DNA of 64,000 nt from an uncultured Poribacteria bacterium (lineage in GTDB: Bacteria; Poribacteria; WGA-4E; WGA-3G). Shown here piece by piece: positions 20,121 to 29,573 of the stretch. A program made the translations under genes and the position numbers. Below the pieces are notes generated by a model. That model made no database searches. It had not been told where the DNA came from and saw only the letters and a list, made by a program, of their open reading frames with translations. The DNA lies in the NCBI GenBank assembly GCA_951813565.1, contig OX638351.1, forward strand, positions 1,280,001 to 1,344,000. The letters run 5' to 3'. Numbering within the stretch: the first letter of the stretch is position 1; every line of letters starts with the position of its first letter.

Positions 20121-20434
20121 ATTTCTTCGCATTTGCCCGCCTGGAAATCAGCAAGTGCTTCCTCCGCGAAGCGGTCAAGTTTTCCAGCCTTTACGTCGTT
20201 TTCAAATTGCTTGTCCTACGTTTCTGCTTGGGTCTCATACATTTTTAAGACTTTTCCAAACTCAATTGCTAATGTTTTTAGTAATTCTTCTCTTGTTCCT
20301 TTTTCGGCAATTATCTCTGGAAGTTCTTGTATCCACCCAACCCATCCTTCACCATTTTTTTGAATGTGGAAGGTATAGGTCTCTTCAACACCCTGTTTCT
20401 GTATTTTGGCTGCATCAACTTTTTCCATGCCCAT
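20117..20434 (-). pseudogene. Antitoxin pseudogene: HicB-like N-terminus plus (W)DKQFENDVKAGKLD tail
   Basis: In-frame TAG at 20216-20218 where TGG is expected; the frame continues to TAA at 20117, overlapping the toxin start. Confidence 0.7.
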
Positions 20435-20465
20435 CTCCTTTGTTAAACACGATTAAAGATAAACC

Positions 20466-20494
20466 ATTATATCCTGTAACAATGCAATTGTCAA
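20466..20494 (-). promoter_or_regulatory. Sigma70 promoter TTGACA-N17-TATAAT for the toxin-antitoxin pair
   Basis: Perfect consensus on the minus strand. Confidence 0.75.
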
Positions 20495-20618
20495 GAAATT
20501 CATCTCACCAAATTTCCTTGAAAAATCAAAGGATTGTGGTATCATAACAGGAACTTTACAAATAGGAGAAGAAGTCGGAATCACAAATTGATTCTATCGA
20601 CCAGTAGTAACACATAAA

Positions 20619-21029
20619 ATGATCCAGCAAATTGAGATAACCTTACCTGAATACTCGCGTGGCTTTCACCTTATCACAGATAAAATTATGAAATCGCTTG
20701 GCGAGTTGCCGAAAGTGGGGATTCTCCATCTTTTTATTAAGCACACTTCCGCAGGATTAACCATCAATGAAAATGATGATCCTACGGTGCGTGAAGATTT
20801 TGCCAATAGTTTCGATCGCCTCGTAAAGGAACGCGAACCTTTCTACAAACACACAATCGAAGGCGATGACGATATGCCTGCACATATCAAAGCGTCGCTT
20901 GTTGGGTTTGCTGTATCCATTCCGATTACTGACCATAACCTAAATTTAGGTGTATGGCAGGGCATTTATCTGTGCGAATTCCGCAATCAGGGTGGGAGAC
21001 GCAACCTAACGGCGACGCTTTATTCATAG
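20619..21029 (+). CDS. yjbQ: YjbQ/UPF0047 family protein
   Basis: HTSAGLTINEN.DP.V..D, EGDDDMPAHIK, LGVWQGIYLCEFR. Confidence 0.92.
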   Translation: MIQQIEITLPEYSRGFHLITDKIMKSLGELPKVGILHLFIKHTSAGLTINENDDPTVREDFANSFDRLVKEREPFYKHTIEGDDDMPAHIKASLVGFAVSIPITDHNLNLGVWQGIYLCEFRNQGGRRNLTATLYS

Positions 21030-21066
21030 CGCGCTTACAAAGATCGCCTATCAGTAAAGCAAATGT

Positions 21067-21093
21067 AAGAGGCGCAATAAATTGCGCGACTAC
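21067..21093 (-). repeat. GTAG-type REP between convergent genes
   Basis: GTAGTCGCGCAATTTATTGCGCCTCTT. Confidence 0.75.
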
Positions 21094-21142
21094 AAACGCC
21101 ATAAACCCAAAAAATGTCTGGGAGTTTTAGATTTTACTGCAA

Positions 21143-22489
21143 CTATATCCACGAAGATTTTAGTTCATGGACTTTTAACGATACAAGTGTAGCTGAACCA
21201 CCTTCCGCATAAATCCCGATGTCTGCATTATCAAGGTCGGGGAGGAAATAGGAGGTCATTGAGAGCGCACCTGCATTGCCAAATGCTTCAATAGAGATGC
21301 GATCTACTAAAATCTGTAATTGGATTTTACCATCTTGTGGCGCAAGAGGACCGCTCCTTTCAAGGAACGTCAACTGCTTTTCAGCGACATCGTATCGCAC
21401 ATCTTGACCGCGAATATTGAATCCTACAGCCGACGCATCGTTGAGTTCTATCTCTGCGCGGATGTCAAACAGTTCACCTGTTAACCCCGCAAGTAGATTT
21501 TCTTCGGGTTTAAGCGTTACGTTGCTCCAAGCATGCGTCCAGTCATGTATATTTTCGATCTCTGCCACTGGTTCGCGGGACATACGGATACCTTCTGATG
21601 TCGTCCGAAGTGTCAACACACATGGAAAACTCATCTGCTGATTAAAGGGCATCTCAGGAGGATTACTGCCATTCATCCAAGCGATTTGGATGCGGCGACC
21701 ATCGGAATCCGGAATGTCACTCCAAGTTTGTGCGGCGTAAAAGTTTGCGCCGAAGTCTGCCCGTTGTGATTCACCATCTGGCGTGAAGGTTGTGCCGTCG
21801 AAATCACCGACATAATATTTTCCACCGGCACCCCAGAAAACCCATTTGGTATTTTCGGGGTCGCCATCAACAGGAAGTTCAAAGATATCTGGACATTCTC
21901 CATCTGGTATCTTTATATCAGAGAGTTGTTCCCACTCCTTTAGGTTCGTAGAACCAAAAAAGGCAAAATCATTTCCGTCAAGAAAAAGTGTCATCACCCA
22001 TTTTTGTGTCGGTTCGTGCCAGATTACCTTCGGGTCTCGGTTACTTGCGACAATATGCTCAATGACAGGATTGCCTTCATATTTTGTCCAACTCCGTCCA
22101 CGGTCGTTGCTATAGGCGATGCTCTGCGTAAACGGCACTTTCTCTGGGGCATGGCTACCAGCAGACGTATAAAAAACAACCAGCACTGCCTCGTCGCCTG
22201 TTTGGAATCCACCAGTATTGTTCCAGTCTACAACGCCAGAACCGGAGAAAATTGTGCCGAGTTCATCGGGATGGATAGCGTGCGGTAGTTGTTTCCAGTG
22301 AACAAGGTCAGGGCTAACTGCATGTCCCCACGTCATGTTGCCCCAATTGATACCAAATGGGTTGTGTTGAAAGAATAGATGATACTCTCCCTTATAATAA
22401 ATCAATCCGTTTGGGTCGTTGGTCCAGTTAGTTTTCGGTGTGAAGTGGAATTGCGGACGATATGTTTCCTTGTAAGCAGTTTGAATCAT
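21143..22489 (-). CDS. Glycoside hydrolase family 32 (levanase/beta-fructosidase-like)
   Basis: WTNDPNG, FSGS, RDP, ECPD catalytic motifs; start set at MIQTAY. Confidence 0.92.
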   Translation of the reverse strand: MIQTAYKETYRPQFHFTPKTNWTNDPNGLIYYKGEYHLFFQHNPFGINWGNMTWGHAVSPDLVHWKQLPHAIHPDELGTIFSGSGVVDWNNTGGFQTGDEAVLVVFYTSAGSHAPEKVPFTQSIAYSNDRGRSWTKYEGNPVIEHIVASNRDPKVIWHEPTQKWVMTLFLDGNDFAFFGSTNLKEWEQLSDIKIPDGECPDIFELPVDGDPENTKWVFWGAGGKYYVGDFDGTTFTPDGESQRADFGANFYAAQTWSDIPDSDGRRIQIAWMNGSNPPEMPFNQQMSFPCVLTLRTTSEGIRMSREPVAEIENIHDWTHAWSNVTLKPEENLLAGLTGELFDIRAEIELNDASAVGFNIRGQDVRYDVAEKQLTFLERSGPLAPQDGKIQLQILVDRISIEAFGNAGALSMTSYFLPDLDNADIGIYAEGGSATLVSLKVHELKSSWI

Positions 22490-22582
22490 TGTCTGTTCCT
22501 TTCTTTTATATGTAGTGTGCTTCGTGGACACATACAACGTGATAATTTATGTTCAATCTCTATACCCATTGCTTTAATGGAG

Positions 22583-22611
22583 ATTCTATACATGTTCCGA
22601 TGTTTTGTCAA
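22583..22611 (-). promoter_or_regulatory. Sigma70 promoter TTGACA-N17-TAGAAT for GH32
   Basis: Near-consensus on the minus strand. Confidence 0.6.
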
Positions 22612-22676
22612 GAATGCTTCGTTTGATGTCAATTAAAATTTTCCGTCTCAAAATTGATTTTTTTTTTGTAAAATTA

Positions 22677-22705
22677 TGCACCCGTTTTGTCGTCTCACGC
22701 GTCAC
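22677..22705 (+). promoter_or_regulatory. Putative ECF promoter TGCACC-N17-CGTCAC
   Basis: Shared with the upstream regions of paralogs 3 and 4. Confidence 0.65.
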
Positions 22706-22755
22706 TATGTGTTAAAATGAACTATTGGGATTATTTTTTGCGGAGGTAACCACCG

Positions 22756-25700
22756 ATGAAAAACGACGCTGAACTAATTCAACGTACGCTTGCAGGCGAT
22801 AATAACGCCTTCTCTGAATTAGTGAAAAAATATCGAAAGCAGGTTCACGCGCTCGCTTGGCGGAAGATAGGCGATTTTCACACCGCTGAAGATATTACGC
22901 AGGATACTTTCCTCAAAGCATACCAAAGACTTCACACCCTCAAAGAACCGCAACGGTTTGCTGGGTGGCTCTATGTTATTGCGACGCGCCGATGCCTCGC
23001 ATGGTTTCGAAAAAAGCGTCTGTGGCACCAAACATTGGAAAATATAGATACACCTGTGACAAGCAAAGATGCTTACTCACAACATGTTGCAGAGGAACAA
23101 GCAAAAACTACCGACAAGGCACAGCAGGAAGTCGTCAAAAAATTACTTGAGACGTTGAAGGAGAGTGATCGCACCGTCATCACACTTCACTATTTCGGTG
23201 AGATGACGTGTGAACAGATGAGCGAATTTTTAGGTGTATCCGCAAACACGATTAAAAGCCGACTTCGCCGTGCACGGAACCGCTTGAAAAAGGAGGAACC
23301 GATGATCCGAGAAGCAATTAGTAACTTTCAAATTTCACCTAACCTAACCGATAACATCATGCAAGAAATCAATCGTCTTAAACCCGCTGCGCCTTCTGCA
23401 AGTAAACCTTTGGTGCCATGGGTGATAGGCGCTGCAAGTACAGTTTTGATTGTGCTAATGCTTGGCATAAGCAGTCAGGACTTAGCGCGTTTCCAACGAC
23501 CTTATAGTTTAGATGCACAGTCTGAGATGGCAGTTGAACTTATTGACGCGCCTGTTGTACAGAGTGCTGATGCAAGACAGGATGTGCGAAATCAACTGGG
23601 GGAACGTTCCGATACGGAGGGTAAAAATAATGGTGATGGAGAGAAAGCGAATCAGGTTTTAGGTGATGAAGGGGACTATACTCGGTGGAATTTACCTAAA
23701 GGTGCAAAACAGAGACTTGGAAAAGGGACTATAACCGATATGCAGCTGTCCCCTGATGGTACCCGTCTGGCTATTGTAAGCTCTACCGGCGTATGGCTTT
23801 ATGATATTGGCTTAGGTGCCGAAACTTCCTTACTTACAAGAGATACAGATTTAATAGGACTTGTCACGTTCTCGCCGGATGGCAAAAAACTTGTCAGTGT
23901 TGGAGGTGACAACATAATTCGGAGTTGGGATGTTGAGAGTGGAAAGCTGCTTTTGAAATTCAATAGTCTTGGCGATTCACTTTCCGCTTTGAAATTCTTA
24001 GCCGATGGAAAAACACTTACTGGTGTGAATAAGAATAGTACGGTCTGGTTCTGGAACATCGCGACCGGAGAACATTTAAAAACTTTCCATCCCGGAGCTT
24101 TAAAAAGAATTAAAATCAAAGGCATCCCTTGGACGCGTGCGTTAGATGTCTTTGTTGACCCCACTGGCGTAGTCAAATATGCTATTGGAAACGAGGATGG
24201 CACAATTAGCATGCAAGATGGACGTAGCATACAAGATGGAGGGACCAGTCAAGAAATACAAACGCTTGTAGCTCGTACAAATGACGCAGCGTTCATCAAG
24301 GATGCCAGAATACCGCCGGATCCAGAAGAGACAGATGGCAAAGAGCCATTTCTCACAAACTATAGGAATGATGGAACGCCTTTTCCTATACAATACAATC
24401 TGCAAGAATACTCTCCATCACGATTGCAAAAACAACCTGTGAAATGGGTGCACGAACTGAAATTTTCACCGGATGGCAAAATGCTTGTGAGTAAGAGCCG
24501 TTATGGGATTCCAATATCAGGAGGATGGGGAGGTATTGCAGGTCCTACTGAAATTTGGAATGTTGATACCGGCGAACAACTGGCAGCACTCCCTGAGTAT
24601 GTAGACGTAAGGTTTTCAGGTGATAGCAAAACCCTCGCGCTTATATCACGGAATACTTTCACAAGGGGAAGCTGCGCGGTATGGGATATTGTTAATAAAC
24701 GTCAAATTGCTGAGTTTCAATCTACATCGGACGTAAAATTTTCAGGTAATGGCAAAAACCTTGCGATAAGAAAAGGCGGAAGTTATACGATATGGGATAT
24801 TGTCACCCAACGTGAAATTGCCTCTCTTATTCTGGATGAAGATTTATTTGTAGTTTTGCCAAGAAACCATCTATTTTCTCAAGATGGGACAATTCTTGTT
24901 AACCATCTATTTTCTCAAGATGGGACAATTCTTGTTACTGAGAATCAAATTGGCACAGTAGATGTGTGGGAAATAAAAAAGGATACACAACCGCGGACCC
25001 TTGCTAAAGACTATGCAAAGGAGATCACGACGTTGGCGTTTACTCATGATGGCAAAACGTTAGCAAGCGGAAGTGATGGTAATATCCAACTCTGGGATAC
25101 AGACAGCGGCGACAAACTGACCGCAATTAGTACGGGAAAAAACAACATTGACGGTTTAACCTTTGCCAGCGATAATAATATCTTAAATGCTGTAGGACTC
25201 ACTTCCACTGTTCAGTGGGATGTCACTACTGGAACCAGGATTAGTGCTAACACTGTTCCTATGAACTTGGCTCGCGCTCAGGGCCTCGCAGTTTCTTGGA
25301 GCGATGGAAAAACACATACATTCCCAATATATGTATATTCTCCAAATTTCAGAACATTGGCTACTAAAAATGAGAATAACAATAATAACAATAAGATTGA
25401 GTTGTGGAATGTTACCAGCCGCGAACATTTATGTAGTCTCACAGAAAAGGCGTATCAATCGGCTAAGGGAGCTATGGCACTAACCCATGATGGAAGTATG
25501 CTCGCAACCGATAACCGATCAGGTAAAGTGTTCTTGTGGGACACACACGCCGACAAACAAATTGCCACGTTCAATACACCTGAAAATTTGATAAAAAAAG
25601 TGTTAGGGGTCCTGAAAAACCGGACGTTGACGTTGGAAAGTCACGATATTTATTCTATGACGTTTGATCACAATGGAAAAAACTTGGCAATTGGAATTAG

Positions 25701-25998
25701 AGATAGAGAGATCCAATTGTGGGACGTTGCTGCCAAAAAACGTGTTAGAACTTTCAAAGCACCACATAAATTTGCAATCTGCAAATTGGCATTTTCGTCA
25801 GATGGTATACTTCTCGCGAGTGGAGATATAGGGGGTAAAATTCACTTATGGGAGTCTACCACTGGTGCACATCTTACTTCTTATGAAGGACATAAAGGTA
25901 ATATCAGTGCCTTAGTGTTTTCCAAAGATAGGAAATTACTTGCGAGCACAAGCAGCCTTGATGGCACCGTCCTTCTTTGGAATGTGCCATCTAAATAG
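22756..25998 (+). CDS. ECF sigma factor-TM-WD40 fusion (paralog 2)
   Basis: Sigma2/sigma4 motifs; TM WVIGAASTVLIVLMLGI; many FSPDG..LAS..DG.I.LWD repeats. Confidence 0.92.
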   Translation: MKNDAELIQRTLAGDNNAFSELVKKYRKQVHALAWRKIGDFHTAEDITQDTFLKAYQRLHTLKEPQRFAGWLYVIATRRCLAWFRKKRLWHQTLENIDTPVTSKDAYSQHVAEEQAKTTDKAQQEVVKKLLETLKESDRTVITLHYFGEMTCEQMSEFLGVSANTIKSRLRRARNRLKKEEPMIREAISNFQISPNLTDNIMQEINRLKPAAPSASKPLVPWVIGAASTVLIVLMLGISSQDLARFQRPYSLDAQSEMAVELIDAPVVQSADARQDVRNQLGERSDTEGKNNGDGEKANQVLGDEGDYTRWNLPKGAKQRLGKGTITDMQLSPDGTRLAIVSSTGVWLYDIGLGAETSLLTRDTDLIGLVTFSPDGKKLVSVGGDNIIRSWDVESGKLLLKFNSLGDSLSALKFLADGKTLTGVNKNSTVWFWNIATGEHLKTFHPGALKRIKIKGIPWTRALDVFVDPTGVVKYAIGNEDGTISMQDGRSIQDGGTSQEIQTLVARTNDAAFIKDARIPPDPEETDGKEPFLTNYRNDGTPFPIQYNLQEYSPSRLQKQPVKWVHELKFSPDGKMLVSKSRYGIPISGGWGGIAGPTEIWNVDTGEQLAALPEYVDVRFSGDSKTLALISRNTFTRGSCAVWDIVNKRQIAEFQSTSDVKFSGNGKNLAIRKGGSYTIWDIVTQREIASLILDEDLFVVLPRNHLFSQDGTILVNHLFSQDGTILVTENQIGTVDVWEIKKDTQPRTLAKDYAKEITTLAFTHDGKTLASGSDGNIQLWDTDSGDKLTAISTGKNNIDGLTFASDNNILNAVGLTSTVQWDVTTGTRISANTVPMNLARAQGLAVSWSDGKTHTFPIYVYSPNFRTLATKNENNNNNNKIELWNVTSREHLCSLTEKAYQSAKGAMALTHDGSMLATDNRSGKVFLWDTHADKQIATFNTPENLIKKVLGVLKNRTLTLESHDIYSMTFDHNGKNLAIGIRDREIQLWDVAAKKRVRTFKAPHKFAICKLAFSSDGILLASGDIGGKIHLWESTTGAHLTSYEGHKGNISALVFSKDRKLLASTSSLDGTVLLWNVPSK
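24865..24936 (+). repeat. Perfect 36-bp in-frame tandem duplication (NHLFSQDGTILV x2)
   Basis: Read directly from the sequence. Confidence 0.95.
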
Positions 25999-26101
25999 GT
26001 GAAAGCAGCTGTCTTGCAAACCTATTGCGATTTCAATCGGGTAATTCCTTACGTCTCATAACCTTGATTCGAAAATCAAGGTTCACGGAATTACCTTTCC
26101 T

Positions 26102-26242
26102 TTTCCCTTCATTCGACATACTTTCCCACCACGGTTGCTTGCCTCCCGAATAAACCTCACATCTTGACAAACCCTCCTGATTTGGTAGAATAGTATTTCA
26201 CTGTTTCCAACCATCCAATTTATAAACATGCAGAATTATGCA
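26102..26242 (+). repeat. 141-bp promoter cassette, copy 1 (contains TTGACA-N16-TAGAAT with extended TG)
   Basis: Identical by eye to 29384-29524. Confidence 0.92.
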
Positions 26243-26268
26243 ACCGTTTTCCTCCTAAGTCGCGTCAC
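26239..26268 (+). promoter_or_regulatory. Putative ECF promoter TGCAAC-N18-CGTCAC
   Basis: Conserved motif upstream of the ECF fusions. Confidence 0.65.
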
Positions 26269-26315
26269 AAGGTTTCAATATGAAAAGTTGAACCTATCTT
26301 TTCTGGAGGCACCTG

Positions 26316-29246
26316 ATGAAAAACGACGATGTTGAACTAATCCAACAGGTTCTTGCTGGCGATGAGTCCGCTTTCGCTGAACTTGTGAAAAAATACCAAA
26401 AGCCAGTTCACGCGCTGGCTTGGCGAAAAATTGGGGATTTCCACATCGCTGAAGAGATTACACAGGACGCCTTTTTGCGAGCATATCAGAAATTGGGAAG
26501 TCTAAAAGATCCAAACCAGTTTTCTGGGTGGCTCTATGTGATTGCGACGCGCCGATGCTACGCTTGGCTCCGCAAAAAACGGATACGGACACAACCGTTG
26601 GAGGACACAGAGATAACGATGGGACAAAAAGATGCTTATTCCCGACATGTCGTAGAACAACGTGCTCAAACCGCTGTTGAAGCACAACGCGATGTAGTCA
26701 AACAACTGCTCGCGAAGTTAAAGGAGAGCGAACGCACGGTAATGGCGCTCCACTACCTCGGTGAAATGACAGTCGAAGAAATTAGCAAGTTCTTAGGGGT
26801 TTCTGCAGGAACAATTAAGAGCCGATTACAACGGGCGCGGCACCGTTTACAAAAGGAGGAAATAATGATTAGAGAAGCACTCGACCATTTTCAAATTTCA
26901 CCCAACCTAACCGATAACATTATGCGAGAAGTCGCACGACTTAAACCCGCTGCGCCTTCTGCAAGTAAACCTTTGGTGCCATGGGTAATTGCTGCTTCAA
27001 GTGCTATTTTGATTGTGTTAATGCTCGGTATAGGTAGTCGATACTTAGCGCTTTTTCAGAAACCTTATAGTTTGGATGCACAAGCTGAAAGAACAATCGA
27101 ACTCCTTGACGCACTTGTCGTTCAGAATCCTGAGGCAAAACCGGATGTCCGAAATCAACCGGGAAAACAGTCCGATATGGATGGTAGAAATAATGGAAAT
27201 GGCGAAAAATCGAATCAAGTTTTAGGTGATGAAGGGGACTATACTCGGTGGAATTTACCGGAAAGGGCGACAGCGCGTCTCAACAAAGGACGCATAGATG
27301 GCATAAGCTTTTCACCAGACGGAACTCAAATTGCAGTAGGTAGTGCTACTGGTGTTTGGATCTATGATGTTCGCACGGGTGATGAACTTGCCCTGCTTAC
27401 TGACCATACATCACGTACAGGGAAAGTGGTATTCTCTCCAGATGGTAGAACGTTGGCAACTGGATTGAATAGTAAAATCTTACTGTGGAATACAGCAACC
27501 GGAAAACTTTTAAAGACTTTTAAAATAATAGAGGATGGGTTGATAAAAGCACTAAGAATTATTGACGATGGCAAAACCCTTCGCTGTGACTATTACGACG
27601 GTTCAGTTCACTTATGGGATATTACTACTGGCGTAAAAAAGGATTTCCGTCCTGCACCCCCACGTGGATTAAGAGGAATACCGAGACGCATTAGGGGGCA
27701 TGAAGTTGCAGCCACAGACTTATACCTTAACAACGTTGGCAACAAAGGTATTTTTGCGGTCGGGGAAATAGATGGTAAAATTCGGTTGGATGATGCTATA
27801 ACCGGACGACATCTGAAAACACTTCAAGGCCACAAAGAACGTATTTCAAAGTTGATATTTTCACCAGATGGTACTCTTCTTGTTTCCGCTGATTATGATA
27901 ATGTTCCACCCCGTTTATGGGATGTAACCACCGGAAAAGTGCTGAAAACGTTAACTACAGATCTGGATATTTATAGGTTTATCCTGAATTTCTCTAAAGA
28001 TGGGAAAACCTTGGCTTGTTCGACGGTGTCGGCGAAGACGAGGTCTCGAAAAATTGAGTTATGGGATGTTGCGACTAAAACACTTCGTACCACTCTTTCG
28101 AAAACAAAGTTAGACTCTAAATTTGGTCAGTTGGCATTTTCACCCGATTCTAAGACGGTTGCGAGGGCGAACCGGAACGGTGAAATCCAAGTATGGGATG
28201 TTAACACCGGTGAAGAATTGTCTTCTTTTCGAACAAAGCATACGCATGGGTCTACAACGTTAGCGTTTTCATCAGATAGTAGAATCTTGGCAAGCGGACA
28301 GGGCAAAACAATAAGGTTATGGGATACGTTCAACTTTACAGAACTTTCTGACCGTATAGACATTGATACTGGTTTCACTACCATGGTCTTATCACCAAAT
28401 GGCAGAACATTGACTGGTGTAAGTGGTTTCACGCTTGAGATAAAAGGAGGGATTGATTCTGTCATCGAAAGTGTACGCGGCAGATTGAATGTGTGGGAAA
28501 CACTCACAGGGAACAAACTATCTGAAGTGCCAGTTGAATCTCACAAAGGAGATGTACCAGAACTTCCAGGGCAGAAATTTAGTTCATTCAGTTCTATTGG
28601 AATGTATGGTCCAACTGTTTTTTCTAAAAATGGTCACATGCTTGCGACTGTTATAAATAAAAATGGTCACCTGCTTCTGATTGATCAAAATTCACAATGG
28701 GCAACTGAGGACAACCGATTTACTGTCCACTTATGGGCTGTTCCCTATAAGAAGTCTCATGCCACTCTCAAGGGACATACAAAAAAAATTAACGTATTGG
28801 CATTCACCCCTAATGGAAAAATGATTGCAAGCGGAAGTGACGACGGAACAATTCGGTTGTGGGATACAAGTACTGGGACACAGATGTTAAGTATCCCCTC
28901 AAGAAAAACCAATTCCTTAGCATTTTCTGAGGATGGTAAAATTCTTGCGAGCAGCGATCCTGTTAATATTCAATTGTGGGATGTTGGTACCGGCAGACAA
29001 CTGAAATCTCTTAAAGCAAAAAACGATTCCGTGAACGTTTTGGCATTTTCCACTGATAGCAATATTCTTGCATGTGGTAACCGGGACGGGACAATTCGAT
29101 TGCGGGACCTTTCTACTGGGAACGAATTAACAACTTTCAAAGGACATGTTGATCGGATAAACGCCTTATCTTTTTCGCCAGATGGCAAAATGCTTGCCAG
29201 TGGTAGCGTTGATGGTGTCATATTCTTATGGAGCATCTCCGATTAA
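26316..29246 (+). CDS. ECF sigma factor-TM-WD40 fusion (paralog 3)
   Basis: Sigma2/sigma4, TM, canonical GH..WD repeats. Confidence 0.92.
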   Translation: MKNDDVELIQQVLAGDESAFAELVKKYQKPVHALAWRKIGDFHIAEEITQDAFLRAYQKLGSLKDPNQFSGWLYVIATRRCYAWLRKKRIRTQPLEDTEITMGQKDAYSRHVVEQRAQTAVEAQRDVVKQLLAKLKESERTVMALHYLGEMTVEEISKFLGVSAGTIKSRLQRARHRLQKEEIMIREALDHFQISPNLTDNIMREVARLKPAAPSASKPLVPWVIAASSAILIVLMLGIGSRYLALFQKPYSLDAQAERTIELLDALVVQNPEAKPDVRNQPGKQSDMDGRNNGNGEKSNQVLGDEGDYTRWNLPERATARLNKGRIDGISFSPDGTQIAVGSATGVWIYDVRTGDELALLTDHTSRTGKVVFSPDGRTLATGLNSKILLWNTATGKLLKTFKIIEDGLIKALRIIDDGKTLRCDYYDGSVHLWDITTGVKKDFRPAPPRGLRGIPRRIRGHEVAATDLYLNNVGNKGIFAVGEIDGKIRLDDAITGRHLKTLQGHKERISKLIFSPDGTLLVSADYDNVPPRLWDVTTGKVLKTLTTDLDIYRFILNFSKDGKTLACSTVSAKTRSRKIELWDVATKTLRTTLSKTKLDSKFGQLAFSPDSKTVARANRNGEIQVWDVNTGEELSSFRTKHTHGSTTLAFSSDSRILASGQGKTIRLWDTFNFTELSDRIDIDTGFTTMVLSPNGRTLTGVSGFTLEIKGGIDSVIESVRGRLNVWETLTGNKLSEVPVESHKGDVPELPGQKFSSFSSIGMYGPTVFSKNGHMLATVINKNGHLLLIDQNSQWATEDNRFTVHLWAVPYKKSHATLKGHTKKINVLAFTPNGKMIASGSDDGTIRLWDTSTGTQMLSIPSRKTNSLAFSEDGKILASSDPVNIQLWDVGTGRQLKSLKAKNDSVNVLAFSTDSNILACGNRDGTIRLRDLSTGNELTTFKGHVDRINALSFSPDGKMLASGSVDGVIFLWSISD

Positions 29247-29383
29247 GGAAACTACGATCCCTGTAATATTTCTCTTTTCTGATCGCGTGTTTGTTATTCT
29301 TAAGATGTTTTGAAAGTGTTTACAACTGATGGCAATCCTCGCGATCATAAATAGCGAAAACTGTCAATCAATTATTGCTTCCA

Positions 29384-29524
29384 TTTCCCTTCATTCGACA
29401 TACTTTCCCACCACGGTTGCTTGCCTCCCGAATAAACCTCACATCTTGACAAACCCTCCTGATTTGGTAGAATAGTATTTCACTGTTTCCAACCATCCAA
29501 TTTATAAACATGCAGAATTATGCA
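29384..29524 (+). repeat. 141-bp promoter cassette, copy 2
   Basis: Identical by eye to 26102-26242. Confidence 0.92.
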
Positions 29525-29550
29525 CCAGTTTTACCTTTTAGTCGCGTCAC
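29521..29550 (+). promoter_or_regulatory. Putative ECF promoter TGCACC-N18-CGTCAC
   Basis: Conserved motif upstream of the ECF fusions. Confidence 0.65.
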
Positions 29551-29573
29551 TATAGGACGATCGGAGGTGATAC

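Noticed and set aside
20216..20218. TAG read-through (pyrrolysine or recoding) in the antitoxin
   Set aside because: The neighbouring toxin also has inactivating lesions and TAG is an ordinary stop elsewhere in the window; pseudogenisation is simpler
20500..20618. TPP riboswitch upstream of yjbQ (and Moco riboswitch upstream of moaC)
   Set aside because: No recognisable aptamer consensus; moaC has only a ~20-nt intergenic gap
26034..26120. Short minus-strand ORF MSNEGK starting inside the duplicated cassette
   Set aside because: About 28 codons in one copy and 9 in the other; no conservation beyond the cassette
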